Assembly: GCA_963836755.1 (NCBI GenBank)
Contig: CAWIKF010000001.1
Coordinates: 160,001-224,000 of the forward strand
From: an uncultured Verrucomicrobiae bacterium
Lineage (GTDB): Bacteria; Verrucomicrobiota; Verrucomicrobiia; Chthoniobacterales; Chthoniobacteraceae
Reading direction: 5' to 3'
DNA: 64,000 nt
In this document: positions 28,078 through 38,043 of the stretch, in pieces
Layout of the letters: each line of letters starts with the position of its first letter
Numbering within the stretch: the first letter of the stretch is position 1
Made by a program: the position numbers and the translations under genes
Notes under the pieces: generated by a model
Seen by the model: only the letters and a program-made list of their open reading frames with translations
Databases searched by the model: none
Told to the model about the DNA's origin: nothing

Positions 28078-29135
28078 AACACCGCGTCAACGGAACGCAC
28101 CCGGTTGTTATAACAGGCGGCGCGGGCTTCGTCGGGACCAATCTCGCGCACCGGCTGCTTTCGCAGGGCGAAAAGGTCTTGCTCTACGACAATCTCTCGC
28201 GGCGCGGCGTGGAAAAAAATCTGCGCTGGCTGCAGGAAACGCACGGCGAACTTTTAAAGATCGAAGTCGCCGACACGCGCGACGCCGACGCAGTTTCGCG
28301 AGCGGTCGCGCGCGGCTCCGCGGTTTTTCATTTCGCCGCGCAAGTCGCCGTCACGACAAGCCTCGCCGATCCGCGCGAAGATTTTGAAATCAACGCGGGC
28401 GGAACTTTCAACGTCCTCGAGGCCGCGCGCGCGGCGGGCATTCCGCTTGTTTTCACATCGACAAACAAAGTTTACGGCGCGCTCTCCGACGTGCCGCTGC
28501 GCCGCCGCGGCGCGCGCTACGAGCCGGCTGATGCCGCGACGCGCGCGCGCGGAATTTCCGAGCGGCAGCCGCTGAGTTTTCACAGTCCGTATGGCTGCAG
28601 CAAAGGCGCGGCCGATCAATACGTGCTCGATTACGCGCGCAGCTACGGCCTCGCCGCGATCGTTTTTCGCATGAGCTGCATTTACGGCCCGCATCAATTC
28701 GGCACCGAGGATCAGGGCTGGGTCGCGCATTTCCTCATCCGCGCGCTCGACCGCGAGCCGCTCGTGATCTACGGCGACGGCGGGCAGGTGCGCGACATTT
28801 TGTTTGTCGAGGATCTGGTCGAGGCGTTTTTGCTCGCGCGAAAAAATGCGGAAAAACTCGCTGGCGAAGCGTTCAACATCGGCGGCGGCGCGGCGAACAG
28901 CGTGAGCCTTTTGCAATTGCTCAAGATGATCGGCGAGCTCGACGAAGGCGCGCCGGAAATCGAGCACGCGCCGTGGCGCATCGGCGATCAGCGCTATTTC
29001 GTGAGCGACTTTTCAAAGTTCACCGCCGCGACCGGATGGACGCCACGCGTCTCCGCGCGCGAGGGCGTCGCGCGGCTTTACGAATGGCTCCGCAGCACGC
29101 GCGCGCCGCACGAAAGCGAACTGCTGACGCACTAA
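28074..29135 (+). CDS. NAD-dependent epimerase (CDP-paratose 2-epimerase-like)
   Basis: TGGAGFVG, AAQVAVTTS, STNKVYG, YGCSK, EDQGWVAHF. Confidence 0.93.
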   Translation: MKHRVNGTHPVVITGGAGFVGTNLAHRLLSQGEKVLLYDNLSRRGVEKNLRWLQETHGELLKIEVADTRDADAVSRAVARGSAVFHFAAQVAVTTSLADPREDFEINAGGTFNVLEAARAAGIPLVFTSTNKVYGALSDVPLRRRGARYEPADAATRARGISERQPLSFHSPYGCSKGAADQYVLDYARSYGLAAIVFRMSCIYGPHQFGTEDQGWVAHFLIRALDREPLVIYGDGGQVRDILFVEDLVEAFLLARKNAEKLAGEAFNIGGGAANSVSLLQLLKMIGELDEGAPEIEHAPWRIGDQRYFVSDFSKFTAATGWTPRVSAREGVARLYEWLRSTRAPHESELLTH

Positions 29136-29139
29136 AAAA

Positions 29140-30153
29140 ATGTCCGCCGCGCTGGCCACACCTCCTGCCGTCGCAACGATGAATGCCGCGCGAATCATCG
29201 CGCCCGGAAAAGTTGAGCTGACGCGCGCGCCGGTTCCCGAGCCGCGCGAAAACGAAGTGCGCGTGCGGCTGGAAGGCTGCGGCGTTTGCGCGTCAAATGT
29301 GCCGCCGTGGGAAGGCCGCGATTGGTTTCAATATCCGATGGCGCCCGGCGCGCTCGGCCACGAAGGCTGGGGCCGCGTCGATGCCGTCGGCGCAAATGTG
29401 GACGCAGCGCTCATCGGCCAGCGCGTCGCGATGCTCTCGCAAAATGCCTACGCCGATTTCGATGTCGCGCCCGCCGACGCGATTGTGCCATTGCCCGCGA
29501 AGCTTGATGGGAAGCCGTTTCCCGGCGAACCGCTCGGTTGCGCGATGAATATTTTTCACCGTAGCGAAATCAAATCCGGGCAGACCGTCGCGATTCTCGG
29601 CATCGGTTTTCTCGGCGCGCTGCTCACGCGGCTCGCGAGCGAAGCGGGCGCGCGCGTGATTGCGATTTCGCGCCGCGACGATTCGCTCGCCTTTGCGAAA
29701 AAGTTTGGCGCGGAAGAAATCGTCCCGATGCGCGAGCAGTGGCAAATTATCGGGCAGGTCCGGCAGCTCACGCGCGAAAAGTTTTGCGACGTCGTCATCG
29801 AGGCGACCGGAAAACAATGGCCGCTGCAGCTCGCCGCCGAACTCGCGCGCGAGCGCGGCCGGCTCATCATCGCAGGTTATCATCAGGACGGTTTGCGCGA
29901 GATCAACATGCAGCTTTGGAACTGGCGCGGCCTCGATGTCATCAACGCGCACGAGCGCGATCCGGCGGTTTACATTGACGGCATTCGCCAGGCCGTGCGC
30001 GCGGTCGCGAGCGGGCTGCTCGATCCGCAGCCGCTTTACACAAACACGTTTCCGCTCGCCGAACTTGGTGCCGCGCTCGATGCCACGCGCAACCGTCCGA
30101 AGGGCTTCATGAAAGCGCTGGTGGCGATGCAATCGACCGCGCCGCGTGCTTAA
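29140..30153 (+). CDS. Zinc-binding dehydrogenase (MDR family)
   Basis: GVCASN, GHEGWG, GIGFLG. Confidence 0.92.
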   Translation: MSAALATPPAVATMNAARIIAPGKVELTRAPVPEPRENEVRVRLEGCGVCASNVPPWEGRDWFQYPMAPGALGHEGWGRVDAVGANVDAALIGQRVAMLSQNAYADFDVAPADAIVPLPAKLDGKPFPGEPLGCAMNIFHRSEIKSGQTVAILGIGFLGALLTRLASEAGARVIAISRRDDSLAFAKKFGAEEIVPMREQWQIIGQVRQLTREKFCDVVIEATGKQWPLQLAAELARERGRLIIAGYHQDGLREINMQLWNWRGLDVINAHERDPAVYIDGIRQAVRAVASGLLDPQPLYTNTFPLAELGAALDATRNRPKGFMKALVAMQSTAPRA

Positions 30154-30158
30154 GATTT

Positions 30159-31043
30159 ATGAAAAAATCCACGATGAAAGATCCACGTTCGCTCTATCCG
30201 CGCCCGCCGTTTCCCGAGCAAAAACAGGAACCGACTGGTTCGGAAAAAGAGATGACGCCAGCGGCGGACCATGGCGAAAAAAGTTACGAAGGCAGCGGGC
30301 GGCTCGAGGGCAGACGCGCGTTGATCACCGGCGCCGACAGCGGCATCGGCCGCGCGGTCGCGCTCGCGTTTGCGCGCGAAGGCGCGGCGGTCGCGATCGG
30401 ATTTCACGAATCCGAAAACGACGCGCAAACGACGGAAAACCTTTGCAAAGAAGCCGGCGTGCAAACGGTCACGATTCGCGGCGACATCGCTTCGGCAGAC
30501 GATTGCCGCGACATCGTGCGGCAGGCGACGAGCGAACTCGGCGGCATCGATATTCTCGTCAATAATGCCGCATTCCAGCGCACTTACGAAAAGTTCGAAG
30601 AGATTCCCGACGAGGAATTCGAGCGCATTTATCAGGTCAACATTTTCGGCATGTTTCGCCTTTGCAAACTCGTGCTGCCCGACATGAAACCGGCCGGCGC
30701 GATCATCAACACCGCGTCGATCCAATCATTCGATCCGTCGCCGAGCCTGCTGCCATACGCGTCGACGAAAGCCGCGATCGCGAGCTTCACGAAGTCACTC
30801 GCCGCGCATGCGATCGAGCGCGGCGTCCGCGTCAATGCCGTCGCGCCTGGCCCGGTCTGGACGCCGCTGATTCCTGCGACGATGCCGAAGGAGGACATCT
30901 CGACTTTTGGAAAAAACACAGTGTTTGGCCGTCCCGCGCAACCGGCCGAGCTCGCGCCCATTTTCGTTTTTCTCGCCAGCGACGAAGCAAGCTACGTGAC
31001 CGGCGAAATCTACGGCGCGACCGGCGGGCGGATGCCGATTTAA
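30159..31043 (+). CDS. SDR family oxidoreductase (YghA/YhxC-like)
   Basis: DHGEKSYEGSGRL, TGADSGIG, YASTK, VAPGPVWTPL. Confidence 0.95.
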   Translation: MKKSTMKDPRSLYPRPPFPEQKQEPTGSEKEMTPAADHGEKSYEGSGRLEGRRALITGADSGIGRAVALAFAREGAAVAIGFHESENDAQTTENLCKEAGVQTVTIRGDIASADDCRDIVRQATSELGGIDILVNNAAFQRTYEKFEEIPDEEFERIYQVNIFGMFRLCKLVLPDMKPAGAIINTASIQSFDPSPSLLPYASTKAAIASFTKSLAAHAIERGVRVNAVAPGPVWTPLIPATMPKEDISTFGKNTVFGRPAQPAELAPIFVFLASDEASYVTGEIYGATGGRMPI

Positions 31044-31046
31044 AAT

Positions 31047-32144
31047 GTGAGCGCGCGCACGCCGAAACGGATTTTGATGACCGGCGACACTGTCGGCGGC
31101 GTCTGGAATTATTCGCTTGAGCTCGCGCGCAGCCTTGCGCCGCACGGCATCGAGATCACGCTCGCGACGATGGGCGGGCGCGCTTCCGATGCGCAACGGC
31201 GCGAAGCAGCGCAGCTCAAAAATCTCGAGCTCGTCGAAAGCGATTACCGGCTCGAGTGGATGGAAAATCCGTGGGAAGACGTGCGGCGCGCGGGCCGCTG
31301 GCTGCACGAAATCGAGCGGCGCGTGCGGCCCGATCTCGTGCATCTCAACGGCTACGTCCACGGCGCGCTGAAGTGGAACGCGCCGTGCCTCATCGTCGCG
31401 CATTCGTGCGTGCTTTCATGGTGGCGCGCGGTGAAAGGCAAGGCCGCGCCCGCGTCGTGGGATGGCTACAAAAACATGGTCACGCGCGGCTTGCGCGGCA
31501 GCTCCGCGCTGTGCGGGCCGACGCGCGCCATGCTCAATACGCTCGCGCAAAATTACGGGGAAGCCCGCGGCGGCCGCGCGATTTTCAACGCGCGCGCGCC
31601 GTATCGTTACAAGCGGAACGTTAAACAGCCGTTCATCCTGACCGCGGGCCGGCTTTGGGACGAGGCGAAAAATGTTGTCGTTCTCGAGCACGTTGCGGCC
31701 GATGTTCCGTGGCCGATTCTCGCGGCGGGCGAACGGAATTTGCCGCACGACCAGGTGCGCGGCGGCGGCGCGATCGGCTACCTCGGCCAGCTTTCCAATG
31801 AAGCGCTCGCGCAATATCGCGCGACCGCGTCCATTTACGTGTTGCCGGCGCGCTACGAGCCGTTCGGACTTTCCGCGCTCGAGGCTGCGATGTGCGGCTG
31901 CGCGCTCGTGCTCGGCGACATTCCGAGCCTGCGCGAAGTCTGGGAGGACACGGCGATTTTTGTCGCGCCCGACGATCGCGGAGGTCTGCGCGATGCGCTT
32001 CGGCGCTTGATTGAGAGCTCGCGGGAGCGCCAGCGCTGGGCTGAGAGCGCGCGCGAACGCGCGGCATTTTTCACCCCGGAAAAAATGGCGAAGGAGTATC
32101 GGAATCTTTACGGCGACATGCTCGCGGGAGGCGCGGACGGATGA
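31047..32144 (+). CDS. Glycosyltransferase family 4
   Basis: DTVGGVW, GRLWDEAKN, YEPFGLSALEA. Confidence 0.92.
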   Translation: MSARTPKRILMTGDTVGGVWNYSLELARSLAPHGIEITLATMGGRASDAQRREAAQLKNLELVESDYRLEWMENPWEDVRRAGRWLHEIERRVRPDLVHLNGYVHGALKWNAPCLIVAHSCVLSWWRAVKGKAAPASWDGYKNMVTRGLRGSSALCGPTRAMLNTLAQNYGEARGGRAIFNARAPYRYKRNVKQPFILTAGRLWDEAKNVVVLEHVAADVPWPILAAGERNLPHDQVRGGGAIGYLGQLSNEALAQYRATASIYVLPARYEPFGLSALEAAMCGCALVLGDIPSLREVWEDTAIFVAPDDRGGLRDALRRLIESSRERQRWAESARERAAFFTPEKMAKEYRNLYGDMLAGGADG

Positions 32145-33274
32145 AGTTCGTCCTATTTTACCACTCGCTCGTTTCGTGCTGGAATCACGGCAACGCGCAC
32201 TTTTTGCGCGGCATCGCGAGCGAGCTGCTCGCGCGCGGGCACACGGTGGAAGTTTACGAGCCGCGAGACGCGTGGAGCGTGCAAAATCTCGTCGCCGGGC
32301 ACGGCGAGGAAGCGCTGGAAAATTTCGCGAAAGCTTATCCGAAACTGCGTAGTCATCGTTACGAGAAACTCGATCTGGATGCCGCACTCGATGGTGCGGA
32401 TCTCGTGCTGGTGCACGAATGGAACGACCACGAGCTCGTGCGCCGCATCGGAAAACATCGCGCCGCGAATCCCGGCTGGCGCCTGCTTTTTCACGACACG
32501 CATCACCGCGCCGTGACCGCGCCGGAAGCGATGGCGGGTTACGATTTGCGGCATTACGATGGCGTGCTCGCGTATGGAAAAGTGCTGCGCGATTTGTATC
32601 TCGAGCGCGGCTGGGCGCAGCGCGCGTGGACGTGGCACGAGGCCGCGGACGTGCGCGTTTTTCATCCGCATCCGGAAATCAAACGCACCGGCGATGTCGT
32701 CTGGATCGGCAATTGGGGCGACGAGGAACGCACCGTCGAGCTGCACGAATTTCTCATTCGGCCGCTCGCAACAATGCGGGTTGAGGCGCGCGTTTACGGC
32801 GTGCGCTATCCCGCCGCCGGGCTGCACGCGCTGGCCAACGCGGGCATCGAATACGCGGGCTGGCTGCCGAATTTTCGCGTGCCGGAAATCTTCGCGCAGT
32901 TCCGCGCGACGCTCCACATTCCGCGGCTGCCTTACACGCGCTCGCTGCCGGGGATCCCGACGATCCGGCCATTCGAGGCACTCGCGTGCGGCATCCCGCT
33001 CATTTCCGCTCCCTGGAACGACAGCGAACACTTGTTTTCGCCCGGCCAGGATTTTCTCGTCGCGAAAAACGGCGCGGACGTTGCGCATCATTTGAAGGCG
33101 CTGCTGCACGACAAGGCGATGGCGCGCGAGCTCGCGGCGCACGGCCGCAGAACGATCCTCGCGCGGCACACGTGCGCGCATCGCGTGGACGAGTTGTTAA
33201 AAATTCTGCGCGAGCTCGGCGGCGCGCGCGGCGAACTTTGCGAAGCCGGCGAAACTGCGAGCGCGACCCGATGA
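32141..33274 (+). CDS. CgeB-like glycosyltransferase 1
   Basis: SCWNHGNAHFLRG, HDTHHR, PTIRPFEALACG, HTCAHR. Confidence 0.88.
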   Translation: MKFVLFYHSLVSCWNHGNAHFLRGIASELLARGHTVEVYEPRDAWSVQNLVAGHGEEALENFAKAYPKLRSHRYEKLDLDAALDGADLVLVHEWNDHELVRRIGKHRAANPGWRLLFHDTHHRAVTAPEAMAGYDLRHYDGVLAYGKVLRDLYLERGWAQRAWTWHEAADVRVFHPHPEIKRTGDVVWIGNWGDEERTVELHEFLIRPLATMRVEARVYGVRYPAAGLHALANAGIEYAGWLPNFRVPEIFAQFRATLHIPRLPYTRSLPGIPTIRPFEALACGIPLISAPWNDSEHLFSPGQDFLVAKNGADVAHHLKALLHDKAMARELAAHGRRTILARHTCAHRVDELLKILRELGGARGELCEAGETASATR

Positions 33275-34359
33275 ACATTGCATTTTTCGGCTCCAGCCTT
33301 GTCTCGGCTTATTGGAATGGCGCGGCGACTTACTACCGCGGCCTCATCCGCGCGCTGCACGAGCGCGGGCATCGCACAACTTTTTACGAACCCGACGCGT
33401 ATGAGCGCCAGCAGCATCGCGACATGGCCGATCCGCCGTGGGCGCGCGTGGTCGTTTATCCTGCGACCGAGCGGGCGGCGCTTGCGCAAATCGAGCAGGC
33501 GCGCGATGCTGATGTGATCGTGAAAGCGAGCGGCGTCGGCGTTTTCGACGAGCTGCTCGAGGCGGAAATTGCCGCGCTGAAGACGCCGGAAAATGTCGTC
33601 ATTTTTTGGGATGTCGATGCGCCCGCGACGCTCGAGCGGATCGAAAAAAATTCGCGCGATCCGTCGCGTGCGCTCATCCCGCAATTCGATTTCGTCCTGA
33701 CCTACGGCGGCGGCGCGCCGGTCGTCGCGGCATATGGCGCGCTCGACGCGCAGGCGTGCGTGCCGATCTACAACGCGCTCGATTCCGCGACGCATTTTCC
33801 TGTCACGCCCGATCCGCGCTTTGCGGGCGACCTTGCGTTTCTCGGCAATCGCCTGCCGGATCGCGAGGCGCGCGTGGAGGAATTTTTCGTAAAAGCCGCG
33901 GAACTTTTACCGCGCGAAAAGTTTCTGCTCGGCGGCAGCGGATGGGATGGAAAAAAGTTGCCGCCGAATATCCGCCACGCCGGCCATGTTTATACAAACG
34001 ACCACAACGCGTTCAATGCCACGCCGCGCGCTGTGTTAAACATCAGTCGCGAGAGCATGGCGCGCTTCGGCTTTTCGCCGGCGACGCGCGTGTTCGAGGC
34101 GGCGGGCGCGGGTGCCTGTTTGATCACGGATTATTGGGAGGGAATTGAAACTTTTCTCGAGCCGGGCGAGGAAATTCTTGTCGCGCGCGATGGCCGCGAA
34201 GTCGCGTCGCATCTCGCGGAGCTGACGCCGGAGCGGGCGAAAAAAATCGGCAAAGCTGCGCGACTGCGCGTGCTCGCGGAGCACACTTATGCGCATCGCG
34301 CGGAGGAAGTGGAGCGACTGCTCGCGGAAAAGTTTGCCGCAACCGGAGCGCCCGCATGA
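33271..34359 (+). CDS. CgeB-like glycosyltransferase 2
   Basis: SAYWNGAATYYRG, WDVDAP, SPATRVFEAAG, HTYAHR. Confidence 0.88.
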   Translation: MNIAFFGSSLVSAYWNGAATYYRGLIRALHERGHRTTFYEPDAYERQQHRDMADPPWARVVVYPATERAALAQIEQARDADVIVKASGVGVFDELLEAEIAALKTPENVVIFWDVDAPATLERIEKNSRDPSRALIPQFDFVLTYGGGAPVVAAYGALDAQACVPIYNALDSATHFPVTPDPRFAGDLAFLGNRLPDREARVEEFFVKAAELLPREKFLLGGSGWDGKKLPPNIRHAGHVYTNDHNAFNATPRAVLNISRESMARFGFSPATRVFEAAGAGACLITDYWEGIETFLEPGEEILVARDGREVASHLAELTPERAKKIGKAARLRVLAEHTYAHRAEEVERLLAEKFAATGAPA

Positions 34360-35432
34360 ACCTCGTCGTCCTCGGCCTTTCAATCACTTCGTCATGGGGC
34401 AACGGCCACGCAACCACCTATCGCGCGCTGCTCCGCGAATTCGCCGCGCGCGGGCATCGCGTTCTTTTTCTCGAGCGCGACGTGCCGTGGTATTCGGCGC
34501 AGCGCGATTTACCGCGCCCGCCTTTTTGCGGGCTCGCGCTTTACGATTCGCTCGCGGATTTGCGCGAAAAGTTTTCGGGAAATATTTCCGACGCCGATGC
34601 AGTCATCGTCGGCTCTTATGTGCCGGATGGCATCGCGGTCGGCGAATGGGTGACGCGGCATGCAAATGGCGTGACGGCGTTTTACGACATCGATACGCCC
34701 GTCACGCTGGCGGCGCTCGCGCGCGGCGATTGCGAATATCTTTCGCGCGAATTAATCCCGCGCTTCGACATTTATTTTTCGTTCACCGGCGGCCCGACTT
34801 TGACGCGGCTGGAAAAAGAATTCGGCTCGCCGTGCGCGCGGGCGCTTTATTGCTCGGTCGATCCGCAATCGTATTTTCCGATTGCGACCGCGCCGCGCTG
34901 GGACCTCGGCTACCTCGGCACATTCAGCGCGGATCGCCAGGCGGGGCTGGAAGCGCGGCTGCTCGAGCCCGCCCGCCGCGCGCCTGAGAAAAAGTTTGCC
35001 GTCGCCGGTCCGCAATATCCGGCGGCGACGACGTGGCTGGAAAATGTCGAGCGGATCGAGCATCTGGCGCCGCCGGATCATTGTTTGTTTTACAATCAGC
35101 AGCGCTACACTTTGAACCTCACGCGCGCCGATATGCGCGCGGCGGGCTGGTCGCCGAGCGTCCGCCTTTTTGAAGCCGCCGCGTGCGGCACGCCGATCAT
35201 CAGCGACGACTGGCCGGGGTTCGATGCGCTGTTCGTTCCGGGCGAGGAAATTTTGCTCGCGGAAAATGCCGACGCCGTTTTGGAAATTCTCCGCGATCTG
35301 CCGGAAACGCGCCGCCGCACAATCGGAGACCACGCCCGCCGCCGCATCCTTGCCGCGCACACTGCCGCGCATCGTGCGCTCGAATTGGAAAAAGCGCTTC
35401 GCTCCGTTCGCCGCGAAGTCCTCACCGCATGA
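34356..35432 (+). CDS. CgeB-like glycosyltransferase 3
   Basis: SSWGNGHATTYR, YDIDTP, SPSVRLFEAAACG, HTAAHR. Confidence 0.88.
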   Translation: MNLVVLGLSITSSWGNGHATTYRALLREFAARGHRVLFLERDVPWYSAQRDLPRPPFCGLALYDSLADLREKFSGNISDADAVIVGSYVPDGIAVGEWVTRHANGVTAFYDIDTPVTLAALARGDCEYLSRELIPRFDIYFSFTGGPTLTRLEKEFGSPCARALYCSVDPQSYFPIATAPRWDLGYLGTFSADRQAGLEARLLEPARRAPEKKFAVAGPQYPAATTWLENVERIEHLAPPDHCLFYNQQRYTLNLTRADMRAAGWSPSVRLFEAAACGTPIISDDWPGFDALFVPGEEILLAENADAVLEILRDLPETRRRTIGDHARRRILAAHTAAHRALELEKALRSVRREVLTA

Positions 35433-36220
35433 AAACCGCCGCCGATCCCATCGCGGCGCTCGCGCCTTGGTTCCATAATCTCCACCTGCCGGGCGGCGCA
35501 CAGACGGCGCCCGACCATCCACTCGGCGATTTTCCCGCCTTCAAGTGGAACCAAATCGCGCCGCACCTTCCCGCCGATCTCACGGGCTGGCGTGCACTTG
35601 ACATCGGCTGCAACGCCGGTTTTTACAGCTTCGAACTCGCCCGGCGCGGGGCGCGCGTCACCGGCATCGACCCCGACCCGCGCTATCTCGCGCAGGCGCG
35701 CTGGGCCGCGGCGGAGCTTGGCCTCGACACGCGCATCACCTTTCGCCAGATGCAGGTTTACGAGCTCGCGGGCGAGGCGCGGCCGTTCGACCTCGTGCTT
35801 TTCATAGGAGTTTTTTACCACCTGCGCTATCCGCTGCTCGCGCTCGATATCGTGCGGCGCAGCACGCGGCGGCATCTGCTTTTCCAATCGCTCTCGCTGC
35901 CGGGCCGGGAACTTTTTCCAAATGCGGGCGACCCCGCGCGCGACCTCGCCGGCCTGCAAAACCGCGCGCCGCTGCTCGATCCCGGCTGGCCGAAGATGGC
36001 GTTCATCGAACACAGCTTCGCCGGCGACCCGACGAATTGGTGGATCCCGAACCACGCGGCGATCGAGGCGCTGCTCCGGTCGTCCGGGTTCAAAATTCTC
36101 TCGCATCCGACGGATGAGACCTATTGGTGCGAGACGGCGCCGATTCCGTATGGGGTGGAATGCGTCGGCTCGGCTGCCGACGGCCTTTCAAACGGGTCGC
36201 GAGCCTCGGCTAAAGAATAA
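35429..36220 (+). CDS. SAM-dependent methyltransferase (TIGR04290-like)
   Basis: PWFHNLHL, LDIGCNAG, GVFYHLRYP, DPTNWWIPN. Confidence 0.88.
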   Translation: MKTAADPIAALAPWFHNLHLPGGAQTAPDHPLGDFPAFKWNQIAPHLPADLTGWRALDIGCNAGFYSFELARRGARVTGIDPDPRYLAQARWAAAELGLDTRITFRQMQVYELAGEARPFDLVLFIGVFYHLRYPLLALDIVRRSTRRHLLFQSLSLPGRELFPNAGDPARDLAGLQNRAPLLDPGWPKMAFIEHSFAGDPTNWWIPNHAAIEALLRSSGFKILSHPTDETYWCETAPIPYGVECVGSAADGLSNGSRASAKE

Positions 36221-36229
36221 ACGCGACGT

Positions 36230-37111
36230 TCAATGCGTCGGAGCGCTGACCGTCCCTTCCTCCGTCGCGCGACGGCGCTGCTCAATAATGTCGCTCGCGA
36301 TTTCCTCGACCATCTGCTCGAGCAGCAGCCGCAGATGGCTGCCGGCGCGGAAATCCGACGGCGCGATGTGCCGCACCCGGTCGGCATGGGTGGAAAGTTG
36401 GTAACATTTTTTAAAACTCGCGCGCGTCGGGTCGTCGGGATTGTAAACCGCGATCGCCTGGCCGCCGTTTTTGCGCATGACGGTGAAGCAGGGGACATCG
36501 GTCGGCCCGTCGCCGACGTAAATCATGTGCGTGAACGGCACCGGGCGCAGGTCGGAAGGCATGTGGTCATTCACATCCTGCGCGAGGTCGAGCAGCCCTT
36601 TGTTGATGCGAAAAAGGAACTGCGTTTTCTGCGTATGACTGATGACGCGCTTCGGAAAAGTGATGCGGCCTTCCGCGTCCTCGGCGAATTCGCAGCCGAA
36701 AATCGCGCGGACAAATGGCGCGAGCCGCGAGCCCTCGATCATCACTTTCAAGCCCGACGAAATAATGTAGTGCTCGACGCGGATGCCGTGCGCTTCCTGC
36801 TGCGCGTTTAAAAGCCCGGCGCGGAATTCCTCAAACATTTCCGGCAGGCCCTTGTAAAAAGTCATGTCGCGGCCCAGCCCGCGCAGCTCGGTGTTGGTCG
36901 GGCGATCCATGCCGAGGTAGTCGAGCATCGCCTTCATGTAGGCGAGCTCGTTGTCGTAGCCCTCCTCCTTCACGAGCACGCGACAGCGCTGCCAGAACTT
37001 CGCGGAATCAATGCCGAATTTTGGGAATAGCACCTCCTCCTGCATGTAAGTCGGGCTGAGTGTCTGGTCGTAATCATAAACGATCGCGATGATGTTTTGC
37101 GGCGCGGGCAT
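36230..37111 (-). CDS. HAD family hydrolase
   Basis: YDYDQTL, IISSG, KTQFLFRINKG, YVGDGPTDVPC. Confidence 0.9.
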   Translation of the reverse strand: MPAPQNIIAIVYDYDQTLSPTYMQEEVLFPKFGIDSAKFWQRCRVLVKEEGYDNELAYMKAMLDYLGMDRPTNTELRGLGRDMTFYKGLPEMFEEFRAGLLNAQQEAHGIRVEHYIISSGLKVMIEGSRLAPFVRAIFGCEFAEDAEGRITFPKRVISHTQKTQFLFRINKGLLDLAQDVNDHMPSDLRPVPFTHMIYVGDGPTDVPCFTVMRKNGGQAIAVYNPDDPTRASFKKCYQLSTHADRVRHIAPSDFRAGSHLRLLLEQMVEEIASDIIEQRRRATEEGTVSAPTH

Positions 37112-37126
37112 CGGAAAACTTTGACT

Positions 37127-38029
37127 TCAGTGAGACGCCTTGTCGGTGAAAATTTCCGCAAGCGCGCTGTCGAGACGCGGAAATTGAAACGAAAAATCCG
37201 CGGCGAGCGCGACGCGCGGCACGATGCGTTTGCTGTCGAGCAGCTCGTGCGAAAGTTCACCCATCGCTGTCTTCACCGCGATGCCAGGCACGGTGAAAAA
37301 AGCCGGCCGATGCAGTGTTTGCGCGAGCTCGCGGGTAAAGTCCACGTTGCGCACCGGCTCCGGCGCGACGGCATTGACGGCGCCGGAGAGCGCGTCGTTC
37401 TCCGCAGCGTAGAGCAGCAGCGCGGCTTCATCGTCGAGATGAATCCACGGCATCCATTGCGTGCCGTCGCCGATTTTTCCGCCGAGTCCCGCGCGAAAAA
37501 TCGGCGTCATCTTTGCGAGAGCGCCGCCGCTTTTTCCAAGCACGATGCCGGTGCGCGGCAGCACCACGCGGACGCCGAAGTCGCGCGCGCGGTTCGCCTC
37601 GGTCTCCCACGCGACGCAAACGTCGGCGAGAAATCCGAATCCGTGCGCGGTCGTTTCATCTGCGGGAATGTCGCCCGTGTCGCCGTAAAAACCGACCGCG
37701 GAGCCGCTCACCAGCACGCGCGGCGGCTGCTCGGCAGCTGCGATCGCATCGACGAGCGCGCGCGTGCCGAACTTGCGACTGCGAAAGATGCGGCGCTTTT
37801 TTTCATGCGTCCAAATGCCGAAAATGTTTTCGCCGGCGAGATGGATCAGCGCGTCACAGCCGTGGACATTGATCTGAAAGCCCGGCGCGAACCGGCGCGT
37901 CTCGATGCAGCCGGGCACAGGGTTTTTCGGATGGCTCGTGTAGCCGATGACTTCGTGTCCCTGCCTGACCGCAAGCGTGCGGACGCGCCGCCCGATGAAG
38001 CCGGTGACGCCGGTGATGCCGATTTTCAT
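37127..38029 (-). CDS. TIGR01777 family oxidoreductase (YfcH-like)
   Basis: TGVTGFIG, HLAGE, SAVGFYG, GTQWMPWIH. Confidence 0.93.
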   Translation of the reverse strand: MKIGITGVTGFIGRRVRTLAVRQGHEVIGYTSHPKNPVPGCIETRRFAPGFQINVHGCDALIHLAGENIFGIWTHEKKRRIFRSRKFGTRALVDAIAAAEQPPRVLVSGSAVGFYGDTGDIPADETTAHGFGFLADVCVAWETEANRARDFGVRVVLPRTGIVLGKSGGALAKMTPIFRAGLGGKIGDGTQWMPWIHLDDEAALLLYAAENDALSGAVNAVAPEPVRNVDFTRELAQTLHRPAFFTVPGIAVKTAMGELSHELLDSKRIVPRVALAADFSFQFPRLDSALAEIFTDKASH

Positions 38030-38043
38030 GTGTTTAACGTTTA

